Origin: Marinosulfonomonas sp.
GTDB lineage: Bacteria; Pseudomonadota; Alphaproteobacteria; Rhodobacterales; Rhodobacteraceae
Assembly: GCA_026984915.1 (NCBI GenBank)
Contig: JALSRG010000110.1
Coordinates: 131-64,130 of the forward strand
DNA: 64,000 bases
Direction: 5' to 3'
Below, one piece after another: positions 1-10,193 of this stretch. A model generated the notes under the pieces. It had not been told where the DNA came from. It did not search any database and worked only from the letters and a program-made list of their open reading frames with translations. A program made the position numbers and the translations under genes. How positions within the stretch are numbered: position 1 is the stretch's first letter; every line of letters begins with the position of its first letter.

Positions 1-163
1 GGAGGGCGCTTTGCAACGTGGCAACCGGATTTAACGCGGCAGTTACCGCATAACTGTTTCATATGTGTAACCCGTTGCGAAAGGCGCCCTCCAGGTCGGG
101 CGCTGCCATTTTTGCGCAGCGGCGGGGTTTTCTAACCTGCCCCCATTCGCTAAACCCTGCGCC

Positions 164-1093
164 ATGACACATTCGTACCCCCCCGTGCGCGGCACCCTGA
201 CCGAAAACCGCCTTTTGAGCGATCTGACATGGCTGCGGGTCGGCGGGCCGGCGGATGCATTGTTTCAGCCGGCCGATGTCGAGGATCTGGCGTCTTTGCT
301 GCGGGCCTTGGCCCCCTCCGTCGCGGTGTTCCCGATGGGTGTTGGCAGCAATCTGATTGTGCGTGACGGCGGCATTCGGGCGGTGGTGGTCCGCATGGGG
401 CGCGGCTTTAACCACATTGAAATCGACGGCACCCGCGTGACCGCCGGCGTGGCCGCGCTGGATGCGCATGTGGCGCGCAAGGCAGCGACCGAAGGGTTGG
501 ATTTGACATTCCTGCGCACCATTCCCGGCGCGATTGGCGGGGCGGTGCGGATGAATGCGGGGTGTTATGGTTCCTACATTGCGGATGTGTTCGTCAGCGC
601 CAAGGCGGTGACGCGGCGTGGCGACGTGGTGACATTGACGGCGGACGATCTGAATTTCCGCTACCGGCAAACCGACCTGCCCGCGGGCTGGGTTCTGGTC
701 GAGGCCACGTTTGAAGCGCCGCGTGGCGCGCCGGATGCGCTGACCAGCCTCATGGAGGAACAAATCGCCAAACGCGATGCCACCCAGCCAACGCACGAGC
801 GCAGCGCAGGCTCTACTTTCCGCAATCCGGCGGGGTTCAGCTCGACCGGGCGGGATGATGACACGCATGAGTTGAAAGCATGGAAAGTGATAGAAAATGC
901 CGGAATGCGCGGCTTTTCACTGGGAAAAGCGCGGATGAGTGAAAAACATCCGAACTTTCTGATCAACACCGGTGGGGCCAGCGCGCGTGAATTGGAAGAA
1001 TTGGGCGAATTGGTGCGAAAAAAGGTTTATCAAACCAGTGGAATACAGTTAGAATGGGAAATCATGAGGGTTGGCGAAACGACCCCGGATTGA
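164..1093 (+). CDS. murB: UDP-N-acetylenolpyruvoylglucosamine reductase (MurB)
   Basis: 309-aa ORF. FAD-binding PCMH-type N-terminus ([19 protein letters not shown]) and MurB C-terminal motifs ([24 protein letters not shown]). Sits immediately upstream of ddl, as in dcw clusters. Confidence 0.92.
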   Translation: MTHSYPPVRGTLTENRLLSDLTWLRVGGPADALFQPADVEDLASLLRALAPSVAVFPMGVGSNLIVRDGGIRAVVVRMGRGFNHIEIDGTRVTAGVAALDAHVARKAATEGLDLTFLRTIPGAIGGAVRMNAGCYGSYIADVFVSAKAVTRRGDVVTLTADDLNFRYRQTDLPAGWVLVEATFEAPRGAPDALTSLMEEQIAKRDATQPTHERSAGSTFRNPAGFSSTGRDDDTHELKAWKVIENAGMRGFSLGKARMSEKHPNFLINTGGASARELEELGELVRKKVYQTSGIQLEWEIMRVGETTPD

Positions 1094-1158
1094 GGCACTG
1101 AGATAATATACAAGAAAAGGGCGTGACAAAGCGCCTGTATTTTGGACACGAGGCGGGT

Positions 1159-2073
1159 ATGTCGAGCAGGACAACCCCGAAAGTGGCGGTATTAATGGGC
1201 GGGCCTTCGCGTGAACGTGAAGTGTCATTGTCGTCCGGGCGCGAATGCGCGGCCGCACTGCGGGAAACAGGTTTTGAAGTGGTCGAGGTGGACGCAGGTC
1301 CGGACCTTGCCGCATGCCTGTCCGAAATCAATCCCGACGTTGTCTTTAACGCCCTGCATGGCCGCTGGGGCGAAGACGGCTGCGTGCAGGGGCTGCTCGA
1401 GTGGCTGCAAATTCCATATACCCATTCCGGCGTGCTGGCCTCGGCCCTGGCGATGGACAAGGCGCGGGCGAAAGCGGCCTATCAATCCGTTGGCTTGCCG
1501 GTGGTGGACAGCGTGATTGCAACCACGGCAGAGGTGCAGGCGCGGCATGTGATGGCGCCGCCCTATGTGGTCAAACCGAACAACGAAGGATCAAGCGTTG
1601 GCATCTATCTGGTGAACGAGGATGCCAATTCACCCCCTAAACTGTCCGAAGATATGCCCGACACCGTGATGGTCGAGGCCTTTGCCGCCGGCCGGGAACT
1701 GACCGTGACCGTGATGGGAGATCGCGCACTGGCGGTGACGGATATCCTGACTGATGGCTGGTATGATTATGACGCGAAATATGTCGAGGGGGGATCAAAA
1801 CATATCCTGCCCGCAGACCTGCCGCAAGAGATCACCGATGCCTGTCTGGAGTACGCCCTGCGCGCCCATAATGTGCTGGGGTGCCGTGGCGTTTCGCGCA
1901 CCGATTTTCGTTGGGATGAGGTGCGCGGGCTGGATGGGCTGATCCTGCTGGAAACCAACACACAGCCGGGGATGACCCCGACGTCGCTTGCGCCGGAACA
2001 GGCCGCATATTGCGGCTATTCCTTCGCTGGTTTGTGCCGCTGGATGGTGGAGGACGCCTCATGCGACCGCTGA
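1159..2073 (+). CDS. ddl: D-alanine--D-alanine ligase (Ddl)
   Basis: ATP-grasp ligase motifs ([56 protein letters not shown]). ATG at 1159 follows a GAGG-like RBS; the ORF could also start at GTG 1123. Confidence 0.9.
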   Translation: MSSRTTPKVAVLMGGPSREREVSLSSGRECAAALRETGFEVVEVDAGPDLAACLSEINPDVVFNALHGRWGEDGCVQGLLEWLQIPYTHSGVLASALAMDKARAKAAYQSVGLPVVDSVIATTAEVQARHVMAPPYVVKPNNEGSSVGIYLVNEDANSPPKLSEDMPDTVMVEAFAAGRELTVTVMGDRALAVTDILTDGWYDYDAKYVEGGSKHILPADLPQEITDACLEYALRAHNVLGCRGVSRTDFRWDEVRGLDGLILLETNTQPGMTPTSLAPEQAAYCGYSFAGLCRWMVEDASCDR

Positions 2074-2957
2074 GAGCAAAACGCCCCGCGCGCCGTCTGC
2101 GCCGTGATCCGGCCCCGAGCCGTCTGTCCTATCGGCTGCATCGGCTTTGGCTGACCCCGCTCATTCGCCGAATGCTGCGCATTGGTTTGCCGATTCTGCT
2201 GGTCGGCGTTTCGGCGGGGTATTATCTGTCGGATGAAACGCGGCGCGAAGCCATTCAGGCCTGGCTGGTCGAGCAACGTCAGGCATTCGAAGCGCGCCCT
2301 GAATTCATGGTAAAGCTGATGGCGATTGATGGCGCCTCGACAGAGTTGGCGACAGACATCCGCGAAGTTGTACCGCTCGATTTTCCCCTCAGCTCTTTTG
2401 ACATGGATCTGGAGGCAATTCAGAAAACCGTTTCCGCCCTGGATGCGGTTGCTTCTGCCACTGTGCGCATCCGCTCTGGCGGCGTTTTGCAGGTTTCGGT
2501 TGTGGAACGTATTCCGGCTGTCGTCTGGCGCGGGCGTGAGGATATTGAACTGCTGGATGAAACCGGGCATCGGGTTGCCTCGGTTATTGCCCGGGCGATC
2601 CGGCCGGATTTGCCGTTGATAACGGGTGATGGTGCCGAGACCGCAGTCCCCGAAGCCTTGAATATCCTGGCGGCGGCAAAGCCGATCAACAACCGGATTC
2701 GCGGGCTTGTCCGGATGGGAGAACGGCGCTGGGATCTGGTTCTGGACCGCAATCAACGTATTCTGCTGCCGGAGGAAAACCCGGTTGCGGCCCTGGAAAG
2801 GGTGCTGACGCTGGACAAGACGCAGGACATGCTCTCCAGGGATTTGGTGGTTGTCGATATGCGTAACCAGATGCGTCCAACGCTGCGTCTGGCAAAGACA
2901 GCCATGCAGGACCTGCGTGAAATCAGGACAAGGGAAGAGAGGATCGATAATCAATGA
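2061..2957 (+). CDS. ftsQ: cell division protein FtsQ
   Basis: Lies between ddl and ftsA. Basic N-terminus, then one TM helix ([18 protein letters not shown]), then a POTRA-like periplasmic domain. ATG 2061 overlaps the ddl stop; the listed ORF start at 2010 lies inside ddl. Confidence 0.8.
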   Translation: MRPLRAKRPARRLRRDPAPSRLSYRLHRLWLTPLIRRMLRIGLPILLVGVSAGYYLSDETRREAIQAWLVEQRQAFEARPEFMVKLMAIDGASTELATDIREVVPLDFPLSSFDMDLEAIQKTVSALDAVASATVRIRSGGVLQVSVVERIPAVVWRGREDIELLDETGHRVASVIARAIRPDLPLITGDGAETAVPEALNILAAAKPINNRIRGLVRMGERRWDLVLDRNQRILLPEENPVAALERVLTLDKTQDMLSRDLVVVDMRNQMRPTLRLAKTAMQDLREIRTREERIDNQ

Positions 2958-4288
2958 CTGATCTTTATGCCACGCAACGTGCCATGCGGAACATGCGCAA
3001 AGCCGCGATGCAGCGCGGCGTGATCGCCATTCTTGACGTCGGCACCTCAAAAACGGCCTGCCTTGTCTTGCGCTTTGACGGGCCGGAAAAATTTACGGGT
3101 GAAGACGGGGTTGGTTCCCTGGCGGGGCAATCGTCATTTCGGGTGATCGGTGCGGCCACGACCCGATCACGCGGCGTGCGGTTTGGTGAAATCGACGCGA
3201 TGAATGAAACCGAGCGCGCGATCCGGACCGCAGTCCAGGCAGCACAGAAAATGGCTAACCAGAGGGTTGACCACGTGATCGTCGGGTTTTCGGGCGCACG
3301 CATACGCTCATATGGGCTGGCCGGTAGCATTGATTTGCAGGACTCTGTGGTCAGAGAACAGGATGTGGCCAGGGTATTGGCCGCCTGTGACGTGCCGGAT
3401 TACGGCGATGGCCGCGGGGTACTTCATGCGCAACCGGTGAATTTCGCGCTGGACCATCGCTCGGGGCTTTCTGATCCGCGCGGCCAGATCGGCAACCGGT
3501 TGTCGGTCGATATGCACCTGCTGACCGTCGAGGATTCGGCCATTCACAATCTTTTGCGTTGTATCAAACGCTGTGATCTGGAGGTCGCCGGGCTGGCCAG
3601 TTCTGCATACACCGCCGGCGTGTCGACGCTGGTTGAAGACGAGCAGGAACTGGGGGCTGCCTGCATTGACCTCGGGGGCGGCACCACAGGGCTTTCGATC
3701 TTCATGAAAAAACACATGATTTATGCCGACAGTGTTCGTCTGGGCGGCGAGCATGTGACGGCGGATATTTCAAAAGGACTGCAGGTCCCGATGGCGGTGG
3801 CGGAACGTATCAAGACATTTCACGGCGGGGTGTTCGCGACAGGGGTTGATGACCGCGACATGATCGAAATCGGTGGTGATACCGGCGATTGGGAGCACGA
3901 CAGGCGCACTGTCAGCCGGGCCGAACTGATCGGCATAATGCGCCCCCGTGTCGAAGAGATCCTGGAGGAAGTGCGGCTGCGGCTGGATGCCGCCGGTTTC
4001 GAACATCTGCCCTGTCAGCAGATTGTCCTGACAGGCGGTGGCAGCCAGATTCCGGGGCTTGATGGCCTGGCTTCGCGAATCCTCGGAAATTCGGTGCGAC
4101 TCGGTCGCCCGTTACGCGTGCAAGGACTGCCTCAGGCGGCCACAGGAGCAGCTTTTTCGGCCGCTGTGGGGTTGAGTCTCTTTGCAGCGCACCCGCAAGA
4201 CGAGTGGTGGGATTTTGAGATTCCCGCTGAAAGATATCCGGCACGATCCCTGAAAAGGGCGGTAAAATGGTTCAAGGACAACTGGTAA
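2954..4288 (+). CDS. ftsA: cell division protein FtsA
   Basis: Actin/HSP70-fold ATPase motifs (ILDVGTSKTACLV, IDLGGGTTGLSIF). ATGA overlap with ftsQ. Located upstream of ftsZ. Confidence 0.9.
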   Translation: MTDLYATQRAMRNMRKAAMQRGVIAILDVGTSKTACLVLRFDGPEKFTGEDGVGSLAGQSSFRVIGAATTRSRGVRFGEIDAMNETERAIRTAVQAAQKMANQRVDHVIVGFSGARIRSYGLAGSIDLQDSVVREQDVARVLAACDVPDYGDGRGVLHAQPVNFALDHRSGLSDPRGQIGNRLSVDMHLLTVEDSAIHNLLRCIKRCDLEVAGLASSAYTAGVSTLVEDEQELGAACIDLGGGTTGLSIFMKKHMIYADSVRLGGEHVTADISKGLQVPMAVAERIKTFHGGVFATGVDDRDMIEIGGDTGDWEHDRRTVSRAELIGIMRPRVEEILEEVRLRLDAAGFEHLPCQQIVLTGGGSQIPGLDGLASRILGNSVRLGRPLRVQGLPQAATGAAFSAAVGLSLFAAHPQDEWWDFEIPAERYPARSLKRAVKWFKDNW

Positions 4289-4465
4289 ACCGCAATATAT
4301 GGCCCAACCGGCGAAATCCCGCCGAAACACAACCTGTCTACTACCACATTTTGCGGTCAGATTGTGTTTTTTTGGTGACGTTTGCGCCTTTCGAGGCTAA
4401 GATTACGTCGGATTAACTGAAAAACGGCCCATAACGGCCAGCAAAACGGACAGGCGGTACGATCA

Positions 4466-6052
4466 ATGGCATTGCATTTTACGGAAGCAAAAGAACAGCA
4501 CGACCTTAAACCTCGCATCACGGTATTCGGTGTCGGCGGGGCGGGGGGCAACGCGGTCAATAACATGATCGAGAAGCGACTTGATGGTGTGGAATTTGTG
4601 GTTGCCAACACAGACGCACAGGCGCTTCAGCAATGTCAGTCAACCGCCAAGATCCAGATGGGCGTGAAAGTGACCGAAGGGCTGGGCGCGGGCGCACGGC
4701 CCAGTGTTGGCTCTGCCGCTGCCGAAGAAAGTATCGAGCAGATCGTTGATCATCTGGCCGGGGCCCACATGTGTTTTATCACCGCGGGCATGGGTGGGGG
4801 CACCGGCACCGGCGCGGCACCGATCATTGCACAGGCGGCGCGGGAACTGGGAGTTCTGACCGTAGGGGTCGTGACCAAGCCATTCCAGTTTGAGGGCGCC
4901 AAGCGGATGAAGCAGGCCGAGGATGGCGTTGATGCGCTGCAAAAGGTTGTCGATACGCTGATCATTATCCCGAACCAGAACCTGTTCCGTCTGGCCAATG
5001 AAAAAACCACGTTCACCGAGGCTTTCTCGATGGCCGATGACGTGTTGTATCAGGGTGTGAAGGGAGTGACTGATCTGATGGTTCGCCCCGGTCTGATCAA
5101 TCTCGATTTCGCTGATGTTCGCGCCGTGATGGACGAAATGGGCAAGGCGATGATGGGAACCGGCGAGGCAGATGGCGAGGATCGTGCAGTTCAGGCCGCC
5201 GAAAAGGCCATTGCCAACCCGCTGCTGGACGAAATCAGCCTGAAAGGCGCCAAGGGTGTGCTGATCAACATCACCGGCGGCTATGACCTGACGCTGTTTG
5301 AACTGGACGAGGCTGCAAACCGGATTCGCGAAGAGGTGGATGCGGAAGCCAACATAATTGTCGGCTCGACCCTGGATACCGAAATGGAAGGCCTGATGCG
5401 GGTTTCCGTCGTGGCCACAGGGATCGACGCAGTGGAATCCACGCTTGAAACACCCGTTCCGCGCCGGGGTATGGCCGAACCTCTGACACCGCGTACCCAT
5501 GCCGAGCCGGTTGCTGACCTGGAAATGGGAGTTGCGACAGCCGCCGCTGCCGAAAGAACGAATGCCGAGCCGGGTTCGCTGTTCAGTTCAATGGAGGAAA
5601 CGCCGGCGGCTGCAACGGCGGCGGCTGACGACTTGCCGCCGCCCGCCTACCAGCCGGCACCCGAGCCGGAAGCACAGACAGCCATTGCAGATGACAACGC
5701 CCATGAAGGGTTTGTGGCGCCCAAGGCACCCGCACCCGGGACACCAACACCCGAAGCGATTGCCCGGCTGCGTGCAGCCGTTGGTCGTGCCGCGCCTATT
5801 CCCGGCCGTGCAGAATCCGAGCCGGCGGCATCCGAACCGGCGGCAGACAAGCCAAGGTTTGGTGGCATCAATTCGTTGATCAACCGGATGACAGGCCATG
5901 CAGCCGAAACTGGCGAGGTGCCACACCGTGAACAACCCCCGGTTCAAGCGACGCATACCCCTCAGGCACCGGCTCCGGAGGTGGAGGCAGAGCTGGATCC
6001 CGAACAGGAACGCATCGAAATTCCAGCGTTTTTGCGCCGTCAGGCAAACTGA
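4466..6052 (+). CDS. ftsZ: cell division GTPase FtsZ (long C-terminal linker)
   Basis: Tubulin signature [10 protein letters not shown] and [13 protein letters not shown]. About 200-aa Pro/Ala/Glu-rich linker, then the conserved C-terminal peptide [12 protein letters not shown]. Confidence 0.95.
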   Translation: MALHFTEAKEQHDLKPRITVFGVGGAGGNAVNNMIEKRLDGVEFVVANTDAQALQQCQSTAKIQMGVKVTEGLGAGARPSVGSAAAEESIEQIVDHLAGAHMCFITAGMGGGTGTGAAPIIAQAARELGVLTVGVVTKPFQFEGAKRMKQAEDGVDALQKVVDTLIIIPNQNLFRLANEKTTFTEAFSMADDVLYQGVKGVTDLMVRPGLINLDFADVRAVMDEMGKAMMGTGEADGEDRAVQAAEKAIANPLLDEISLKGAKGVLINITGGYDLTLFELDEAANRIREEVDAEANIIVGSTLDTEMEGLMRVSVVATGIDAVESTLETPVPRRGMAEPLTPRTHAEPVADLEMGVATAAAAERTNAEPGSLFSSMEETPAAATAAADDLPPPAYQPAPEPEAQTAIADDNAHEGFVAPKAPAPGTPTPEAIARLRAAVGRAAPIPGRAESEPAASEPAADKPRFGGINSLINRMTGHAAETGEVPHREQPPVQATHTPQAPAPEVEAELDPEQERIEIPAFLRRQAN

Positions 6053-6072
6053 TACACCTCACGTTTTTCAGG

Positions 6073-6110
6073 AAAGGGGCCAGATTTATTTCTGGCCCTT
6101 TTGTTGTTTT
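6073..6110 (+). terminator. intrinsic terminator downstream of ftsZ
   Basis: Perfect 8-bp stem gggccaga (6077-6084) / tctggccc (6091-6098) with a 6-nt loop, extendable by A:T pairs. Followed by cttttgttgttttt. Confidence 0.7.
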
Positions 6111-6289
6111 TCAGTGGGTTAAAGTAGATTGCTAGAGTTTTAGGCAGGTTCCTGCGCACCCGACCGGGCCATGTTTCAGTTCGTTACAAAGTTTGAATTG
6201 TATTCTGGCAATCCTGCACTTACCTCGGGTTTAGCGAAATTGACGCAGATTTTGTGTGTCAATACGTGTTCTGAGCCGTGAGGTAGAGT

Positions 6290-7207
6290 TTGCAAACAAC
6301 GATCAAGACTTCTGTCAGGTTTAGCGGCGTCGGCCTTCATTCCGGCGTGCCCGTCCATATGGCAGTGCACCCGGCATCGGCCCATTATGGTATCTGGTTT
6401 CGCCGGACAGATCTGGATGAAGATGCGCTGATTCCGGCGCGCTGGCACGCCGTCGAAGATGCAACTCTGTGTACCCGTCTTGTCAACGATGCCGGTGTCG
6501 AGGTGAAAACGGTTGAGCATATCATGGCTGCCCTTGCAGGTTGCGGGGTGCATAATGCGCTCATTGAGCTGGATGGCCCCGAGGTTCCGGTGCTGGACGG
6601 AAGTTCCGCGCAGTTCGTCGAGGCGATTTTGGCTGCGGGCTTGCAGAAACTGGACGCACCGGTGCGGGCGATTCGCATTCTGGAGCCGGTAGAAGTGAGA
6701 AATGGCGAAGCGGTCGCCCGTCTGGAACCTGCTGACAATCTGAGTATTGCCTTTCATATCGAATTCGATGATGCGGCAATCGGGCAGCAGTCGAAAGTGC
6801 TGAATATGGCCAATGGGACATTCGTGCGCGAATTGTGCAACAGCCGGACGTTCTGCCGGCAGCGTGATGTAGATGCGATGCATGCCAACGGTCTGGCATT
6901 GGGCGGATCACTGGAAAATGCCGTTGTGGTCGAAGGAGATCAGGTTCTCACGCCGGGCGGGTTACGTTACCATGACGAAGCTGTACGCCATAAAATGCTG
7001 GATGCTATGGGCGATCTGGCATTGGCCGGCGCACCGATTGTCGGTCGTTATACCGGAAAACGGGCAGGGCATGCGCTGACCAACAAACTGCTCCGCAAAC
7101 TTTTTGCAACACCTTCGGCCTTTCAAATGGTCGAATGTTCCGACACGATGGCCGGGCGTCTGCCGGGTGTTGGTGTTAACCCTGCCGACCTGCCCGTTCC
7201 GGCCTGA
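6290..7207 (+). CDS. lpxC: UDP-3-O-acyl-N-acetylglucosamine deacetylase (LpxC)
   Basis: TTG start after a GAGG-like RBS. LpxC motifs GVGLHSG, TVEHIMAAL and HDEAVRHKMLDAMGDLAL. Confidence 0.9.
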   Translation: MQTTIKTSVRFSGVGLHSGVPVHMAVHPASAHYGIWFRRTDLDEDALIPARWHAVEDATLCTRLVNDAGVEVKTVEHIMAALAGCGVHNALIELDGPEVPVLDGSSAQFVEAILAAGLQKLDAPVRAIRILEPVEVRNGEAVARLEPADNLSIAFHIEFDDAAIGQQSKVLNMANGTFVRELCNSRTFCRQRDVDAMHANGLALGGSLENAVVVEGDQVLTPGGLRYHDEAVRHKMLDAMGDLALAGAPIVGRYTGKRAGHALTNKLLRKLFATPSAFQMVECSDTMAGRLPGVGVNPADLPVPA

Positions 7208-7348
7208 TACGGCCTCATATTTCAAAAACCCGCGTAAAGGCGTTTTGCACCGGATTTTTCTGTGCTAGGACAACTCTGGAAGAAGCGAAGATTAGGTGGG
7301 AGGCCGCTGAATTGGCCTGCCAAGTCCAATAGATAGGGTGAGCGGTAA

Positions 7349-8200
7349 ATGACACGCGGCAGGTCTCGGTCGAAACTGGTCGGCATGTTGGTGGCACTGG
7401 TTCTGGTGGCAGCCTGTGCTGGTGGCGGAGGTTCACGTGAGCAACCTCTGGAAAGTTTTTCGGCCGAAGAGATTTACAAGCAAGCCGAATTGAAACTGGC
7501 GACGCTACCCCCAAAAAAAGCAAAGAAAGCCGCCGAACTGTTTGCCGAGGTTGAACGCCTCTACCCCTATTCCGAATGGGCCAAGCGCGCCCTGATCATG
7601 CAGGCGTTTTCCTACCACAAGGCCAAAGACTATGAAAACAGCCGCGCCGCGGCACAGCGGTTCATCGATTTCTACCCGGCGGATGAGGATGCTGCTTATG
7701 CGCAGTATCTTCTGGCGCTCAGCTATTACGATCAGATTGATCTTGTCGGTCGGGACCAGGGCCTGACTTTCCAGGCGCTTCAGGCCTTGCGGACGGTCAT
7801 CGAACGCTATCCCGACAGTGATTACGCCCGTTCGGCGATTTTGAAATTTGACCTCGCTTTTGATCACCTGGCCGCCAAGGAAATGGAAATTGGCCGGTAT
7901 TATCTGAAACATCGCAATTTTGCGGCAGCGATTAACCGCTTCCGCGTCGTGGTCGAGCAGTTCCAGACAACCAGCCATACTGCCGAGGCATTGCATCGAC
8001 TTGTTGAGTCGTATCTGTCCTTGGGGCTGGATGCCGAAGCGCAAACGGCTGCAGCTATTCTGGGCTATAATTTCCGGTCTTCGGAATGGTATCAGGACAG
8101 CTATCGTCTGCTGGCTGAGAAGGGCTTGAAACCAACGGCGCGCGGCGACAGTTGGCTTGCAAAGATTTACCGGCAGATGATCAAGGGCGAATGGCTCTGA
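7349..8200 (+). CDS. bamD: outer membrane protein assembly factor BamD (TPR lipoprotein)
   Basis: Signal peptide with lipobox (LVLVAAC). TPR-like repeats with the YAQYLLALSYY pattern typical of BamD/YfiO. lpxC-bamD-recN synteny. Confidence 0.85.
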   Translation: MTRGRSRSKLVGMLVALVLVAACAGGGGSREQPLESFSAEEIYKQAELKLATLPPKKAKKAAELFAEVERLYPYSEWAKRALIMQAFSYHKAKDYENSRAAAQRFIDFYPADEDAAYAQYLLALSYYDQIDLVGRDQGLTFQALQALRTVIERYPDSDYARSAILKFDLAFDHLAAKEMEIGRYYLKHRNFAAAINRFRVVVEQFQTTSHTAEALHRLVESYLSLGLDAEAQTAAAILGYNFRSSEWYQDSYRLLAEKGLKPTARGDSWLAKIYRQMIKGEWL

Positions 8201-8222
8201 CGAAATCTGGTTAGGAGGACCT

Positions 8223-9875
8223 GTGCTCCGGGGGCTCGACATCCGCGACATGTTGATTATCGACCGGTTGGAGCTTGGCTTTCAGCCCGGTCTCAACGTG
8301 CTTACCGGAGAAACGGGGGCGGGGAAATCGATACTGCTCGATTCTCTCGGGTTTGTTCTGGGATGGCGGGGCCGCGCTGATCTGGTCCGGTCCGGAGCCA
8401 GGCAAGGTGAAGTGACCGCCTGGTTCGATCTGCCCGAAGGTCACCGCGCACGCGAGGTGCTGGCCCAGGCCGGACTGCCGGTGAACGACGAATTGATCCT
8501 GCGTAGGGTCAATGCGCTTGACGGGCGAAAAACGGCTTGGGTGAATGATCGCCGTGCATCCGGAGAAGTGCTTCGGGCGCTTTCGGAAACACTGGTCGAA
8601 CTGCATGGCCAACAGGATGACCGGGGGCTTTTGAACCAGCGTCGCCACCGGACATTGCTGGACCAGTTTGCCAGGCTTGATGAACTCTGCGAGGCAGCAA
8701 GGTCCGCCTGGCGCGTGCAAAGAAAGGCGAAAAAGGCGCTGGACACCGCAGAACTGGCGCTGGCGGCCATGAAATCCGAAGAAGATTATCTGCGCCATGC
8801 GGTGGCCGAACTGGAAGCTTTGGCGCCCGAGCCGGGGGAAGAAGCCGAACTCGACAGCCGCCGGCGTCTCATGAAAGCGGGAGCCCGCATCGGCGAAGAT
8901 ATTGGCAAGGCCCAAGCGGCACTTGGCTTGCAGGGCGCTGAGGGGCTGATTTCGGATGCTGCCCGCTGGCTGGAAGGGGCAACCGCAGATGTTGAAGGGC
9001 GGCTGGACAAACCACTGGAGGCGATCTCGCGCACGCTGGTTGAGTTGAGCGAGGCGCAACAGGGGGTGGAGGAATGCCTTCTTGCGCTGGCATTTGATCC
9101 GAACGAGCTGGAGCGGGTAGAAGAGCGGCTGTTTGCCATTCGGGCCCTGGCAAGGAAACATGATGTCCTGGCCGATGATCTGGGCGAGTTTGCCAGAGGG
9201 CTGCGCAGGAAGCTTGCAACGCTGGATCAGAGTGAAGACCAGATAGAACATCTGGAAAGCCAGTTGCGCAAAGCCCGCGCAAGTTATGATAAGGCTGCAG
9301 GTTTGCTAAGCACGGCTCGCAGGAAAGCGGCCCTCCGGCTTGACAAGGCCATGGCTGCGGAATTGGCGCCTTTGAAAATGGAACGCGCCGTTTTCAAAAC
9401 CGAGATCAGCAAATGCGAGGCTGGCCCGGAAGGGGTGGACGAGGTTTTGTTTACTGTTGCGACGAACCCCGGCGCGCCATCCGGGCCGCTGAACAAGATC
9501 GCATCGGGCGGAGAGCTGTCGCGTTTTCTGTTGGCATTGAAAGTTTGTCTGACAGCCGGTGTATCTGGCCTGACACTGATATTTGACGAGATCGACCGCG
9601 GGGTCGGCGGTGCAACAGCCGATGCCGTCGGACGCCGTCTGGCAGATCTGGCAAAAGAATCTCAGGTGCTGGTGGTTACCCATTCGCCACAGGTTGCAGC
9701 ACGCGGGGCACATCACTGGCGGGTCGAAAAATCCGTGACGAACGGGCAGACGCTTTCGCGTGTTGTTCCGTTGGGCGCCCAGGAACGCATAGATGAAATT
9801 GCCAGAATGCTCTCTGGCGATACTGTTACGGATGCAGCCCGCGCAGCCGCCCGCGTGTTGCTGCCAGCCAAATAA
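8223..9875 (+). CDS. recN: DNA repair protein RecN
   Basis: SMC-like ATPase: Walker A GETGAGKS, long coiled-coil middle, signature SGGELSRFLLAL, Walker B LIFDEID. GTG start after an AGGAGG RBS. Confidence 0.92.
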   Translation: MLRGLDIRDMLIIDRLELGFQPGLNVLTGETGAGKSILLDSLGFVLGWRGRADLVRSGARQGEVTAWFDLPEGHRAREVLAQAGLPVNDELILRRVNALDGRKTAWVNDRRASGEVLRALSETLVELHGQQDDRGLLNQRRHRTLLDQFARLDELCEAARSAWRVQRKAKKALDTAELALAAMKSEEDYLRHAVAELEALAPEPGEEAELDSRRRLMKAGARIGEDIGKAQAALGLQGAEGLISDAARWLEGATADVEGRLDKPLEAISRTLVELSEAQQGVEECLLALAFDPNELERVEERLFAIRALARKHDVLADDLGEFARGLRRKLATLDQSEDQIEHLESQLRKARASYDKAAGLLSTARRKAALRLDKAMAAELAPLKMERAVFKTEISKCEAGPEGVDEVLFTVATNPGAPSGPLNKIASGGELSRFLLALKVCLTAGVSGLTLIFDEIDRGVGGATADAVGRRLADLAKESQVLVVTHSPQVAARGAHHWRVEKSVTNGQTLSRVVPLGAQERIDEIARMLSGDTVTDAARAAARVLLPAK

Positions 9876-9894
9876 CAACCGGTCAAATAGAAAA

Positions 9895-9913
9895 GGGGGC
9901 GAAAATCGCCCCC
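9895..9913 (-). terminator. GC-rich hairpin; T-tract is on the minus strand (possibly bidirectional)
   Basis: Perfect 8-bp stem gggggcga / tcgccccc with a 3-nt loop. On the minus strand it is followed by cttttctattt. On the plus strand it is followed by ccttcccc, with no U-run. It therefore fits a terminator for a minus-strand transcript better than one for recN. Confidence 0.55.
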
Positions 9914-10193
9914 CCTTCCCCAAAATATATCTTTGTCTTCCAAATCCGAAGCATCCGCTGTGGTGTGTAACGCTGAATACCGTGCGCTATTGCCACCGTG
10001 CAAAATGCCCCGCTATCCGGCTGAGCCGGTGAAATTACTTTCGGAATCCGGAAACACCGAAAGGTGCTCCTGCAGATTCACTCACGGAAACAAGAGTGTG
10101 GGGTCTGTGTTTGTTCGTAACGTTTCCTGTTACCCATCATGCGTGATTCTGCCGCAGTCTGTCATACTCCAGATGGGGTAAAACGGTGCCTGC

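Noticed and set aside
1-163. Possible 3' end of murC at the left window edge.
   Set aside because: None of the three forward frames gives a peptide I can recognise as a MurC C-terminus, so nothing is annotated here.
2016-3050. Long antisense or overlapping ORFs listed in the six-frame track. Examples: 59..868, 2016..3050, 4640..5500, 8211..9251, 19474..20601, 21843..22775, 32969..34168, 34702..35739, 45915..47102, 47938..49257, 54914..55831 and 57123..58412.
   Set aside because: - Each lies entirely opposite or out of frame to a gene with strong family motifs.
- Their translations are Arg/Pro/Gly/Ala-rich, with no recognisable domains.
- These are typical shadow ORFs of GC-rich coding DNA.
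5400-6000. Low-complexity Pro/Ala/Glu region in FtsZ and the acidic Asp/Glu/Gln/Ser run in CobT (about 20930-21200), considered as possible insertions or repeats.
   Set aside because: Both are normal family features: the alphaproteobacterial FtsZ C-terminal linker and the CobT acidic linker. The reading frames are intact.
8100-8222. Alphaproteobacterial SOS box (GTTC-N7-GTTC / GAAC-N7-GAAC) upstream of recN.
   Set aside because: - No match was seen in the 22-bp bamD-recN spacer or in the last ~120 bp of bamD.
- recN may be read through from bamD or regulated from further upstream.
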